Positions 1-9,069 of a stretch of DNA of 64,000 nucleotides are shown piece after piece. Made by a program: the position numbers and the translations under genes. How positions within the stretch are numbered: the stretch's first letter is position 1; each line of letters begins with the position of its first letter. The notes under the pieces are model-generated. The model was not told the DNA's origin and ran no database searches. It saw nothing but the letters and a program-made list of their open reading frames with translations. The DNA comes from Verrucomicrobiota bacterium (lineage in GTDB: Bacteria > Verrucomicrobiota > Verrucomicrobiia > Limisphaerales > MWDV01), in the NCBI GenBank assembly GCA_035411585.1, contig DAONTI010000005.1, positions 20,976 to 84,975 on the forward strand. The letters are read 5' to 3'.

Positions 1-1067
1 ACCCCTGCGTCCGCGGGCGTCGCGCCCTTGCGATGCACGATGACATCGCGTGCCGCTCCGTCAATCACATGCCGCTCTTTCCAGGCAAAATTATGATGGT
101 TTTCCAAATCGAGCAGCACTTGGGCGCCCAGATGTGCCGTCAGATGGCGGTGAATGAGCGCGTGATTCGCCGCCGCGTAACGCCCCATCAATTCCATGGC
201 CGCCCAGTATTCCTGACCAAGGTGTGAATCGAGGGACAGCCAGGCCAGGCGTTTCAGTTCCCGGGGCAGATCAGGGGATTGTTCAACGGCCCGTTTGCTG
301 TAGTAATCGCACACGGCGGCCCCCGTGCCGCGGCTGCCGCTGTGCGAAAGCAGCGCCACGTATTCGCCGGGTGGCAGATCGTGTATTGGTTCGTGCGCCG
401 TGAAGAGTCCGAATTCCACAAAATGATTGCCGCTGCCGCTGGTGCCCAATTGCGCCCAAGCGCGGTCCTTGTTCTCCCGGGTTACCGGACTGACATGCCA
501 ATCCGCGTCCAGCACCTCGTGCTGCCGGCGCTGACGAAAATTCGCGCCCACGCCGAAGCGCGTTTCGGCCTGGATGGCGCGAATGAAACGTTCCGCCCGG
601 CGCTCCAAATCGCGCGGCGGCACATCCCACACCGTCATTTTCACGCGGCAGGCGATGTCCACGCCCACCGCGTAAGGAATCACCACGTTGTCCGTGGCCA
701 GCACGCCGCCGATGGGCAGTCCGTAGCCCACGTGCGCGTCCGGCATCAACGCACCCGCCACCGTCACTGGCAGCCGGCACGCCTGTTCCATTTGCATCAC
801 CGCCTCCGGTTCCAATCCGTGCCCCCACAGGCGATATTTCACCGGTTCGGCGCGCGGCGGAGGCGGTGCGTTCAATAGGGATTTGGCGAATGCGCCTCGC
901 AGCGGGTCGTTCACAAAATTTTCCGGACAAGCGATGACCGCCCGCACTTCCGTTTCCAGCCGGGCCTTGTCGCCGCCCGCCAGGAGAAAGCGTTGAATGA
1001 AATCCATGCCGCGCCGGGTGGCTTCCCCCTGCGGCACGTTCAAACGGAACAGATCTTGGGCGTTCAT
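1..1067 (-). CDS. rtcB: RNA ligase RtcB (first ~355 codons; C-terminus lies beyond the left window edge)
   Basis: Absent from the ORF track because no stop codon falls inside the window. Reverse-strand translation from the ATG at 1067 reads MNAQDLFRLNVPQGEATRRGMDF..GALMPDAHVGYGLPIGGVLATDN..GVDIACRV..LGTSGSGNHFVEFG..LLSHSGSRGTGAAV..LENHHNFAW, the conserved His/Cys motif set of the RtcB family. Track ORFs 279..878(+) and 283..1116(-) are Arg/Gly-rich shadow frames. Confidence 0.85.
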   Translation of the reverse strand, partial: MNAQDLFRLNVPQGEATRRGMDFIQRFLLAGGDKARLETEVRAVIACPENFVNDPLRGAFAKSLLNAPPPPRAEPVKYRLWGHGLEPEAVMQMEQACRLPVTVAGALMPDAHVGYGLPIGGVLATDNVVIPYAVGVDIACRVKMTVWDVPPRDLERRAERFIRAIQAETRFGVGANFRQRRQHEVLDADWHVSPVTRENKDRAWAQLGTSGSGNHFVEFGLFTAHEPIHDLPPGEYVALLSHSGSRGTGAAVCDYYSKRAVEQSPDLPRELKRLAWLSLDSHLGQEYWAAMELMGRYAAANHALIHRHLTAHLGAQVLLDLENHHNFAWKERHVIDGAARDVIVHRKGATPADAG

Positions 1068-1158
1068 CTCGATCCCGTCTTACGATACCCCCGAATGACG
1101 CAAGGCAGAAGCCCAATTCTGTTGGAGCCGCACCCCGTTTTCAGTTGCGCCTGCGGCA

Positions 1159-2334
1159 GTGGAAAGCCATAAGAGCCGCATGTCGTATGGTGTTTTGATC
1201 GCCCCTGATAAATTCAAAGGCACTCTGACCGCCCGGGAAGCGGCCCGCGCCATGGCCCGGGGATGGGCCCGGACGCGCCCGACTGACACGGTGGAAATTT
1301 TCCCGATCAGCGATGGCGGCGACGGGTTCGGGGAGACGCTGGGGGAACTCGTGGGCGCGCAACGCCGGCGGGTGCGCACCGTCAACGCCGCGCATCAGCC
1401 CTGCACCGCGGCGTGGTGGTGGGACGCCCGACGGAAGACGGCCATCATTGAGTCGGCCCGCGTCATTGGGCTGGCCATGCTGCCGCCCGGGAAATTTCAT
1501 CCGTTTGACCTCGACACATTCGGGCTTGGCGCTGTTGTGCGGCAGGCTGTGAAGGAGGGTGCGGAGCATTGCGTCATCGGCATTGGCGGCAGCAGCACCA
1601 ACGATGGCGGCTTCGGGCTGGCGCGGTCGCTAGGCTGGCGGTTTTTGGATGCGAACGGACGGGAGCTCGAGCGTTGGACGGAACTGGATTCTCTCGCGCG
1701 CCTTGTGCGTCCCCCCCGGCGGCGCTGGTTCAAATCGTGGGTCGTCGCGGTGGACGTGCGCAATCCTTTGCTCGGGGCGCGGGGGGCGACACGGGTTTAT
1801 GGTCCGCAGAAAGGATTGCGGCCCGCCGATTTTCCCGTGGCGGAACGGTGCCTGAAACGGCTGTCGTTCGTGGCGCAGCAAGCCCGGTTCACGGTATCCC
1901 CGGCGAACCGGTCGCAACGCCTGAAGCCCGGCCGGCACACGCAACCGGGGGCCGGGGCGGCCGGGGGTCTTGGCTTTGGGTTGACACTGTTTTTCGGGGC
2001 GCGTTTCACGCCCGGATTTGACCTGATCGCCCAGCGGGGCGGGCTGGCCGGTCGTTTGGCGCGGGCGGATCTGGTCGTGACAGGGGAAGGCGCGATGGAT
2101 CGTTCCACGCTGATGGGTAAGGGCGCGGGGCAGGTGGCCGCGTGGTGCCGGGCCAGGGACATTCCGTGTGTGGCGTTGGCGGGCGCGCTCGAACGCTCGC
2201 CGCAACTGGCGCGTCATTTCACCCGGCTCCACGCCTTGACCGATTTGACGACGGTCGCGGAAGCCAAAGCCCGGGCGGCGTTCTGGCTGGAACGCCTGGC
2301 GGCCCACGCGGCGGGTCAATCAGCTCTCGTTTAA
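1159..2334 (+). CDS. glycerate kinase
   Basis: VLIAPDKFKGTLTAREAARAM..ISDGGDGFGE at the N-terminus and VVTGEGAMDRSTLMGKGAG near the C-terminus fit the glycerate kinase family. 1159 is a GTG; the first ATG is at 1180 (MSYGVLIAPDKFKG). Confidence 0.85.
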   Translation: MESHKSRMSYGVLIAPDKFKGTLTAREAARAMARGWARTRPTDTVEIFPISDGGDGFGETLGELVGAQRRRVRTVNAAHQPCTAAWWWDARRKTAIIESARVIGLAMLPPGKFHPFDLDTFGLGAVVRQAVKEGAEHCVIGIGGSSTNDGGFGLARSLGWRFLDANGRELERWTELDSLARLVRPPRRRWFKSWVVAVDVRNPLLGARGATRVYGPQKGLRPADFPVAERCLKRLSFVAQQARFTVSPANRSQRLKPGRHTQPGAGAAGGLGFGLTLFFGARFTPGFDLIAQRGGLAGRLARADLVVTGEGAMDRSTLMGKGAGQVAAWCRARDIPCVALAGALERSPQLARHFTRLHALTDLTTVAEAKARAAFWLERLAAHAAGQSALV

Positions 2335-2464
2335 GGAGGGTGGAAAACCAACGCGGTCGCGCCATCCATCGCTGATGCGCTCGGATGAAGGTGATTCTTC
2401 AGCGGCCATTTCCTGTTCTGGTTTTGTCGCTTGCGCCTCAAGCGCCTGCGGCTAACGTCCGGTT

Positions 2465-3289
2465 ATGCAGCTCGAAGATCATTTGGGTGACATCATCCGC
2501 AAGGGACGCTTGATGGCGGGCGTTTCCGCCGCCGCCGCGGCCCGCGCCGCAAATTTAACCGAAACCGAACTCGCGACTCTGGAAGAATCCGGTCAATGGA
2601 GCGGTCCGCCGCCCCAATGGGATGCCCTGGCGCCGTTGATTGGGTTGGATGCAACGAAGTTGAAAAGTATCGCGGCGGGGTGGCAACCGGTCGCGAACGA
2701 TCTGGCGCGGTGGCGCGAACTGAGGCAGTTCACCACCAGCGACGGGGGCATGGCGGTCAACTGTTATCTGATCTGGGACATGGAGACGCGCGCGGCGGCG
2801 TTGTTCGACACGGGCTGGAGTGCGGCGGAAGTCCTCACCACCATTGCAAAAAACCAATTGGCTTTGTGCCACCTGTTCATCACGCATACGCACCAGGATC
2901 ATATTGCCGCCGTCGCCGAGGTGCGGCGTGCGTTTCCGGAAGTGACCTTGCACAACGATGCGAAAAATCCGCTCGCTCCGGCGGATGCCACAGCGAGCGC
3001 GAGTGTGTCATTGGGGCGTCTGCGGATTACCCATCGCAGCACACCCGGACATGCGCCCGACGGCGTCACGTATCTCATTCACAACTGGCCGGAGGACGCG
3101 CCGCCGGTGGCCATCGTCGGGGACGCGATCTTTGCCGGTTCCATGGGACGCGGCAATCAATCGTGGGCGCTTGCCCGGGAGAAGGTGCGCGCCCACATCC
3201 TCACCCTGCCTGGGGAAACCCTGCTGTGCCCCGGCCACGGGCCCGTGACCACCGTCGCCGAAGAACGCGCGCACAATCCGTTTTTCTAA
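2465..3289 (+). CDS. MBL-fold metallo-hydrolase with N-terminal XRE-like helix-turn-helix segment
   Basis: The N-terminal ~55 aa (LGDIIRKGRLMAGVSAAAAARAANLTETELATLEESGQ) follows the Cro/C1-type HTH pattern. The rest carries the metallo-beta-lactamase motif ITHTHQDH plus downstream TPGHAPDG and CPGHGP. Confidence 0.7.
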   Translation: MQLEDHLGDIIRKGRLMAGVSAAAAARAANLTETELATLEESGQWSGPPPQWDALAPLIGLDATKLKSIAAGWQPVANDLARWRELRQFTTSDGGMAVNCYLIWDMETRAAALFDTGWSAAEVLTTIAKNQLALCHLFITHTHQDHIAAVAEVRRAFPEVTLHNDAKNPLAPADATASASVSLGRLRITHRSTPGHAPDGVTYLIHNWPEDAPPVAIVGDAIFAGSMGRGNQSWALAREKVRAHILTLPGETLLCPGHGPVTTVAEERAHNPFF

Positions 3290-3421
3290 CAAGCGGCTTC
3301 AGGCCGCTCCACGCCGTGGCGGACACGGCCATTGAATCAAAAGCCCGACTGGGCCGAGGGGCGATGAATCTGAGTTCGATTGCAGGCTCGACACGCGGCG
3401 GCCATCGGCCAGACTGTCGGC

Positions 3422-4219
3422 ATGAAGAATAAATCGCTTCTATCCGGGCTTCTGCTGGCCGCCGCCGCCGCGCTTCTCATTCTGACGGTTAACGGTTTTG
3501 CCCAGCCGACGGCAGAGACTTGGCAAACTCTTTTCAACGGCAAGGACCTCACCGGGTGGACGCCGAAAATTAAAGGCTATGAACTCGGGGAAAATTTCGC
3601 GAACACGTTCCGCGTGGAAAACGGCATATTGCGCGTGGTCTATGACGGGTACGAGAAATTCGACAACCGGTTTGGCCACCTCTTCTACCAGATTCCCTTT
3701 TCGAATTATGTGTTGCGGGTGGAATACCGCTTCGTTGGCGAGCAGGTGCCGGGCGGGCCGGGGTGGGCCTGGCGCAACAGCGGGGTGATGATTCATTCCC
3801 AGTCTCCGGCCACGATGGCCAAGGATCAGGATTTCCCGGTCTCGATTGAGGTCCAACTGCTCGGCGGCGACGGCCAGCACGCGCGTCCGACGGGCAATCT
3901 CTGTTCGCCCGGCACGCATGTCGTGATGAAGGGGAAACTCATCACCCAGCACTGCACGGACTCGCGCTCCAAAACGTTTCATGGCGATCAATGGGTCACA
4001 GCGGAAGTTGAAGCGCATGGTTTCGGTCGGATTATTCATCGCATCAACGGCGAAACGGTCCTGGAATACGAACAGCCGCAGTTGGATCCGGGAGACAATG
4101 ACGCCCGGAAACTTATCAAGGATGGAAACGTCGCGCTGCATGGTGGCTACATTTCCCTCCAGTCGGAGAGTCATCCGGTTGAATTCCGCAAGATCGAGAT
4201 CCGGGTGTTGCCGGAATAA
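3422..4219 (+). CDS. secreted DUF1080 (3-keto-disaccharide hydrolase-like) protein
   Basis: Signal peptide MKNKSLLSGLLLAAAAALLIL. WQTLFNGKDLTGW..ENGILRV..NSGVMIHSQ..EVQLL..HGGYISLQSESHPVEFRKIEI matches the DUF1080 beta-sandwich pattern. The track ORF begins upstream at 3380; the ATG at 3422 is preferred. Confidence 0.75.
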   Translation: MKNKSLLSGLLLAAAAALLILTVNGFAQPTAETWQTLFNGKDLTGWTPKIKGYELGENFANTFRVENGILRVVYDGYEKFDNRFGHLFYQIPFSNYVLRVEYRFVGEQVPGGPGWAWRNSGVMIHSQSPATMAKDQDFPVSIEVQLLGGDGQHARPTGNLCSPGTHVVMKGKLITQHCTDSRSKTFHGDQWVTAEVEAHGFGRIIHRINGETVLEYEQPQLDPGDNDARKLIKDGNVALHGGYISLQSESHPVEFRKIEIRVLPE

Positions 4220-4479
4220 TCCGGCCATCTGCCTGACGCATTACCGGCATGCGTTCCCGCAGTGAGAAAAGCCGTTTTCCGAACCGGCAACGGCCCTTGT
4301 TGGGCGGGCATTGCCAGCGGAAAATCACTGCCGACTCCGGGCAGTCCGTCTCCATGTCGCATCCACCGGTGCCGTAGTCAGGGCTTGAAGTGTCCGGAGG
4401 TCTTCGCTGAATATGCGCGGGCGGTTGCCGCGGGAAACCCCGTTGCGCCGCGCGTGCATTATTCATTGGTGACCAGGCT

Positions 4480-5478
4480 ATGAATCCAAGTGAAAAGGCG
4501 GCATCGTCTCATCCGGTTATTCGGACGCTGACCAGTCCGGCTGGCCGGGCTTTACTGGCGCTGTTGCTGGTTTTGTTGGTGGGGTTGATTTTCAACGCGG
4601 ACGGCGCTTTTTTCCGGCCCGGAACGCATCGTGACGCGCTGCGCCAGGCCTCGGTATATGGGATTCTCGCGTGCGGACTCACGCTGGTCATCATCACGGC
4701 GGGCATTGATCTCGCCGTCGGGAGCGTGCTGGCGCTGGTGGCGGTTTGCGGTGCCAAGATGGCCATTCACTGGCACTGGCCGGCGGTGGTGGTGGTGGTG
4801 GCCAGCCTGCTCGTGGGCGCGGCGTGCGGTGGCACCTGCGGTTTCGTGGCGGCGCGCCTGCGCGTGCAACCGTTCATCGCCACGCTGGCCATGATGGTCT
4901 TCGCGCGCGGCCTGGCCAAATACGCCTCCGGCGGCATGAAAGTGTCCCGGTCGTTCGGAGGGGAATTCGTGGATCTCCCGCCGTTGTTTGCCTTCATTGA
5001 CAAGCGCATCTTGGGAGACAACGTCTCGATGGTGTCGGTGATCTTTTTGGGATGCGTGGTGCTGGCGTGGCTGGCGCTGGACCGGCATCGTTGGGGGCGG
5101 CAACTCTACGCGATCGGCGGCAATGAAGACGCGGCGCGTTTGTCGGGCGTGCCCGTGGTCGCGGCCAAGGCGGCGGCGTATGTGGCGTCGGGGGTGTTTG
5201 CCGCCATTGCGGGTTTGTGCCAGGCCGCACAGGAACAGCAGGGGGATCCCGAAACCGGGGGCGGCTATGAATTGATCGCCATTGCCATGGTTGTCATTGG
5301 CGGCACCAGCCTGATGGGCGGGCGGGGCGGCATGGGGTTGACGTTGCTGGGTGTGCTCACGATCGGTTATCTGGAAAAAATCCTCAGTATCAATGCCGTC
5401 CCCGAAGCGGGCCGGCTCATGCTTACCGGTTTGATTATCGTCGTTGCCGTATTGACTCAGCGGCGGCGACCGGCTTGA
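4480..5478 (+). CDS. sugar ABC transporter permease (RbsC/AraH-like)
   Basis: 332 aa, multi-TM, with the ribose/monosaccharide-type permease pattern (GIDLAVGSVLAL, RLSGVPV, GGTSLMGGRG). Confidence 0.85.
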   Translation: MNPSEKAASSHPVIRTLTSPAGRALLALLLVLLVGLIFNADGAFFRPGTHRDALRQASVYGILACGLTLVIITAGIDLAVGSVLALVAVCGAKMAIHWHWPAVVVVVASLLVGAACGGTCGFVAARLRVQPFIATLAMMVFARGLAKYASGGMKVSRSFGGEFVDLPPLFAFIDKRILGDNVSMVSVIFLGCVVLAWLALDRHRWGRQLYAIGGNEDAARLSGVPVVAAKAAAYVASGVFAAIAGLCQAAQEQQGDPETGGGYELIAIAMVVIGGTSLMGGRGGMGLTLLGVLTIGYLEKILSINAVPEAGRLMLTGLIIVVAVLTQRRRPA

Positions 5479-5519
5479 ATACGGGCTCAGAGAATCAACG
5501 CTGGTACGACCATACGCAC

Positions 5520-6473
5520 ATGCAAACCAAGACATTGTTTTCCTCCCTCCTCACTGTGGTTTTCCTGGCCGGATTCACCGGCTGCAAGCCCTCGACCGAT
5601 TCATCCGATACCCCAGGCGCGGCCCGATACACCATCGGCATGAGCCAGTGCAATCTTGGCGAGCCGTGGCGCGTGCAGATGAACGCCGACGTGAAAGCCG
5701 CAGCGGACCAGCATCCGGAACTCAAGGTCATTTTCAAGGACGCCCAGAACGACACGCTCAAGCAGCGCGCGCACGTCGAGGAATTCGTCAGCGCGAAGGT
5801 GGACTTGATCCTCATCAGCCCGAAAGAGGCCGCGCCCTTGACCGAACCGGTGGCGAAAGCCATGGCCGCGGGCATCCCGGTGATTGTGCTCGACCGCGCG
5901 TTGCTGGGCGACCAGTTCACGTGCTTCATCGGGGCGGACAACGTCAAGATCGGCCGGGCGGCGGGCGAGTGGATCCGCCAGACCCTCGGCGGCAAGGGCA
6001 AGGTGGTCGAGTTGAAAGGATTGATGACCTCCGTGCCGGGGCAGGACCGCCATCAAGGTTTCCGCCAAGGCATCGCGGGGTCGCAGATCGAAATCATCTT
6101 TGAGGCGGATATGAAGTGGCTGGAACCAGAGGCGCGCAAGGAAATGGAATCGGCCCTGGCGCGGTTCGATCAAATTGATCTGGTGTATGCCCATAACGAT
6201 CCCGGCGCGCACGGCGCGTATCTGGCCGCGCAGGCGACGGCCCGCGAGAAACAGATGAAGTTTGTGGGCATTGACGCCCTGCCGCACGAAGGCGTGGCTT
6301 ACGTAAAAAAAGGCATTCTCGACGCCACGTTCCAATACCCCACCGGCGGCGCGGAGGCCGTGGCCACGGCATTGAAAATTCTGCGGGGCGAATCCGTGCC
6401 GAAAAAAATTGTCCTCGGCTCCCGTGTGTTTGATAAAGCGAATGTGGAGCAGGGCGGCCGGGAGTTGCCTTGA
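5520..6473 (+). CDS. sugar ABC transporter substrate-binding lipoprotein (RbsB-like, periplasmic binding protein family)
   Basis: Lipobox FLAGFTGC after MQTKTLFSSLL. The IGMSQCNLGEPWRVQM..LILISPKEA..GIPVIVLDR..YAHNDPGA pattern is typical of LacI/RbsB-type binding proteins. The track start at 5475 is a TTG overlapping the permease stop. Confidence 0.85.
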   Translation: MQTKTLFSSLLTVVFLAGFTGCKPSTDSSDTPGAARYTIGMSQCNLGEPWRVQMNADVKAAADQHPELKVIFKDAQNDTLKQRAHVEEFVSAKVDLILISPKEAAPLTEPVAKAMAAGIPVIVLDRALLGDQFTCFIGADNVKIGRAAGEWIRQTLGGKGKVVELKGLMTSVPGQDRHQGFRQGIAGSQIEIIFEADMKWLEPEARKEMESALARFDQIDLVYAHNDPGAHGAYLAAQATAREKQMKFVGIDALPHEGVAYVKKGILDATFQYPTGGAEAVATALKILRGESVPKKIVLGSRVFDKANVEQGGRELP

Positions 6474-6524
6474 CCCGCGGCGCCGGACCGACCCTTCCCG
6501 CTCAACTCACCCATGCGTTGACCT

Positions 6525-8171
6525 ATGACCAAGAAAGCGAAATCCCCCAAGAATAAAACCGTCCTTCTCGTTGCCAGCGGTGATTTGCGGTTGTCCGCCA
6601 ATCAAGTGTGCTGGCCGGCCCAGCGCGACTTGGAGCGGGCGCTGACCGCTGCCGTTGCCGCCGAGGGTTTCAACGTTGTGCGCGCCCATCCATATAAAAC
6701 CGGCGAACGACACGGATTCCTCGCCTCCCAACGCGAGGGGATCGAAGTGTTCAAACGTATTCCGCCTGAGGCCCCGCTGATCGTTGCCGAAGCGGTGTGG
6801 CAATACTCGCATCACGTTTTCCCCGGTCTGACCACGCACCGGGGACCGATCCTCACGGTCGCCAACTGGTCCGGGCAATGGCCCGGACTGGTGGGGATGC
6901 TCAACCTCAACGGTTCGCTTACCAAGGCGGGCGTGAAATACTCCACCCTCTGGAGCGAGGATTTCACCGACGATTATTTTCGGACCAAACTACGGACCTG
7001 GCTCACGACGGGTCGTTGCGCGCACAAGACTGATCACGTCCAGCCCCTGGCCCGGATCCAGCTCAGTGCGAGCGCGCGGCGGACGGGTGAAAAGTTGGCG
7101 GCGCAGTTGCTGCGGGAGAAAGCCATCATGGGCATCTTCGATGAAGGCTGCATGGGCATGTTCAACGCCATCATCCCCGATGACCTGCTACATCGGGTGG
7201 GTGTCTTCAAGGAACGCCTGAGTCAATCCACGCTCTACGCGGAATCATGCACGGTGGACGACGCCGAAGCCGCCGGGGTGCGCGCTTGGATGGAACGGCG
7301 GGGCATGAAATTCCACACCGGCCCCGACGAAGCCACGGATTTGACCGACGCACAACTGCTCTGGCAGGGCAAGATGTATATTGCCGCCGCGCGGTTGGCC
7401 GATGATTTCGGCTGCGATTGCATTGGCATTCAATATCAACAGGGATTGAAAGATTTGATGCCCGCCAGCGATCTGGTCGAAGGCACGCTGAACAACACGG
7501 AGCGGCCGCCGGTGAAATCGCGTTGTGGGCGGCGGGTGTTGTTTCCGGGCCGGCCACTGGTGCATTTCAACGAAGTGGATGAATGCGCCGGCCTTGATGG
7601 TTTGCTCACGGATCGCGTTCACCAAGCGCTTGGGCAACCGGTCGAAAACACGCTGCATGATGTGCGTTGGGCGGATTGGGATCAGTCGGGCACCACGGGC
7701 GAATACGTCTGGGTGTTCGAGATCAGCGGTGCGGCGCCGCCGGCGCATTTCACCGGCGGATGGGCTGGTGCGGAGGGATTCCGGCAACCGCCCATGTATT
7801 TTCCGAAAGGCGGCAGCACCCTGCGCGGCATCGCGAAACCGGGCGAGATCGTCTGGTCGCGCATCTATGTGGCGAATGGCGGGCTGCACCTGGACATCGG
7901 CCGCGGAAAAGTCGTGGCCCTGCCCCGTGCCGAGACCGAGCGCCGCTGGCAAGCCACCACGCCGCAGTGGCCCATCATGCATGCGGTGACGTATGGCGTC
8001 AGCCGCGATCAGATGATGGCCAAGCACCAGGCGAATCACGTCCAATGTGTCTATGCCCACACCGCCAAAGCAGCGGATACCTGTCTGATGACCAAAGCCG
8101 CTCTGGCTGCCGCGTTGGGACTCCGCGTCAACATCTGCGGCACCCGCGCGAACGGCAAACCATGGGCGTAA
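6525..8171 (+). CDS. L-fucose isomerase-family sugar isomerase (putative)
   Basis: 548 aa. The layout and blocks ([34 protein letters not shown]-terminal [19 protein letters not shown]) parallel FucI-family proteins by my recollection of E. coli FucI. No search was run. Confidence 0.55.
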   Translation: MTKKAKSPKNKTVLLVASGDLRLSANQVCWPAQRDLERALTAAVAAEGFNVVRAHPYKTGERHGFLASQREGIEVFKRIPPEAPLIVAEAVWQYSHHVFPGLTTHRGPILTVANWSGQWPGLVGMLNLNGSLTKAGVKYSTLWSEDFTDDYFRTKLRTWLTTGRCAHKTDHVQPLARIQLSASARRTGEKLAAQLLREKAIMGIFDEGCMGMFNAIIPDDLLHRVGVFKERLSQSTLYAESCTVDDAEAAGVRAWMERRGMKFHTGPDEATDLTDAQLLWQGKMYIAAARLADDFGCDCIGIQYQQGLKDLMPASDLVEGTLNNTERPPVKSRCGRRVLFPGRPLVHFNEVDECAGLDGLLTDRVHQALGQPVENTLHDVRWADWDQSGTTGEYVWVFEISGAAPPAHFTGGWAGAEGFRQPPMYFPKGGSTLRGIAKPGEIVWSRIYVANGGLHLDIGRGKVVALPRAETERRWQATTPQWPIMHAVTYGVSRDQMMAKHQANHVQCVYAHTAKAADTCLMTKAALAAALGLRVNICGTRANGKPWA

Positions 8172-8968
8172 AACGCCGGACGCGGAAAAACCAACTGCCT
8201 CCGTCGCTTGTCCAGGCGCTGCGGCGCGCCTACCCGCTGATGCGGGCGCGGTTCGGCCATCTACACTGGTGGCCGGGCGACTCGCCGTTTGAAGTCTGCG
8301 TTGGCGCCATCCTCACCCAAAACACCGCTTGGACAAATGTGGAGCGCGCCCTGGCCCGGCTCAAAGCCGTGCGTTGCCTCGAACCCCGGAAGCTGTACGC
8401 CCTGCCCGAACACCGGTTGGCCGAATACATCCGTCCCGCCGGTTATTTCAACGTGAAAGCCCGCCGGTTACGCGCTTTTTTGCGGGTGTTGGTTGAGGAT
8501 TGTGACGCCGACCTCGACCGGTTGTTTGCCGGCCCGCGCGCCGCCGTCCGCGCGCGGTTGCTGGCGATTCCGGGGATCGGCCCCGAAACCGCCGACAGCA
8601 TGTTGCTTTACGCGGGGGGCCAACTCAGCTTTGTCGTTGACGCCTATACCCACAGGATCTTTGCCCGCCATCAATGGCTGGCACCCCAATTGCCATCGGC
8701 GCCGCGCGGGCGTGGACCATCCTTTCAAAAGCCAACCGCTGTGGTGGCGGAGCGGGGGAATGGCCGGCAATCCAGCGGCGTCCGGTCGTGGTACGCCGAT
8801 TTGCAGGCGTTGTGCGAAGCGGCGTTGCGCCATAAAACCGGGCCGGCATTGCTGGATTACTGGCAGGATTATCACGCGCAACTCGTCCAGGTGGGCAAAC
8901 ATTTTTGCCGTCCCCGCGCCCCGCGCTGTGATACTTGTCCGCTGCAACCGTTATTGCCCCCGGGTTGA
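8162..8968 (+). CDS. endonuclease III-like HhH-GPD family protein
   Basis: [45 protein letters not shown] (helix-hairpin-helix) and a C-terminal Cys cluster C-x6-C-x2-C. The ATG at 8162 overlaps the isomerase stop by 10 nt. The track's 7667 start is a shadow extension. Confidence 0.7.
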   Translation: MGVKRRTRKNQLPPSLVQALRRAYPLMRARFGHLHWWPGDSPFEVCVGAILTQNTAWTNVERALARLKAVRCLEPRKLYALPEHRLAEYIRPAGYFNVKARRLRAFLRVLVEDCDADLDRLFAGPRAAVRARLLAIPGIGPETADSMLLYAGGQLSFVVDAYTHRIFARHQWLAPQLPSAPRGRGPSFQKPTAVVAERGNGRQSSGVRSWYADLQALCEAALRHKTGPALLDYWQDYHAQLVQVGKHFCRPRAPRCDTCPLQPLLPPG

Positions 8969-9069
8969 TGCGGTCGCCAAGCGACGCGTGCGCAAAAGCG
9001 CGTCGCGGCTCGGACATTTCCTGTTTCCTTGCGTCCCATCTTGCCGCATCTTGATCATTGCGAATTTCT

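Noticed and set aside
1-1067. rtcB (left edge) and thpR (59052..59639) as one RNA-repair system
   Set aside because: They are 58 kb apart, on different strands, and separated by many unrelated operons. There is no rtcA, rtcR or archease next to either.
283-1116. 277-aa minus-strand ORF and the overlapping 199-aa plus-strand ORF (279..878) listed in the track
   Set aside because: Both are Arg/Gly/Ala-rich with no recognisable motifs. A third frame, which has no stop in the window and so is missing from the track, encodes a clear RtcB. They are shadow ORFs of high-GC coding DNA.
4785-4800. (GGT)x5 trinucleotide run inside the ABC permease (encodes VVVVV)
   Set aside because: Short, in-frame and within a TM helix, so most likely just hydrophobic codon repetition. 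It is not a convincing contingency locus.
7667-8161. N-terminal 165 codons of the 433-aa ORF 7667..8968
   Set aside because: This part overlaps the isomerase-like gene out of frame and is Arg/Gly-rich. The HhH-GPD homology begins at the ATG at 8162.
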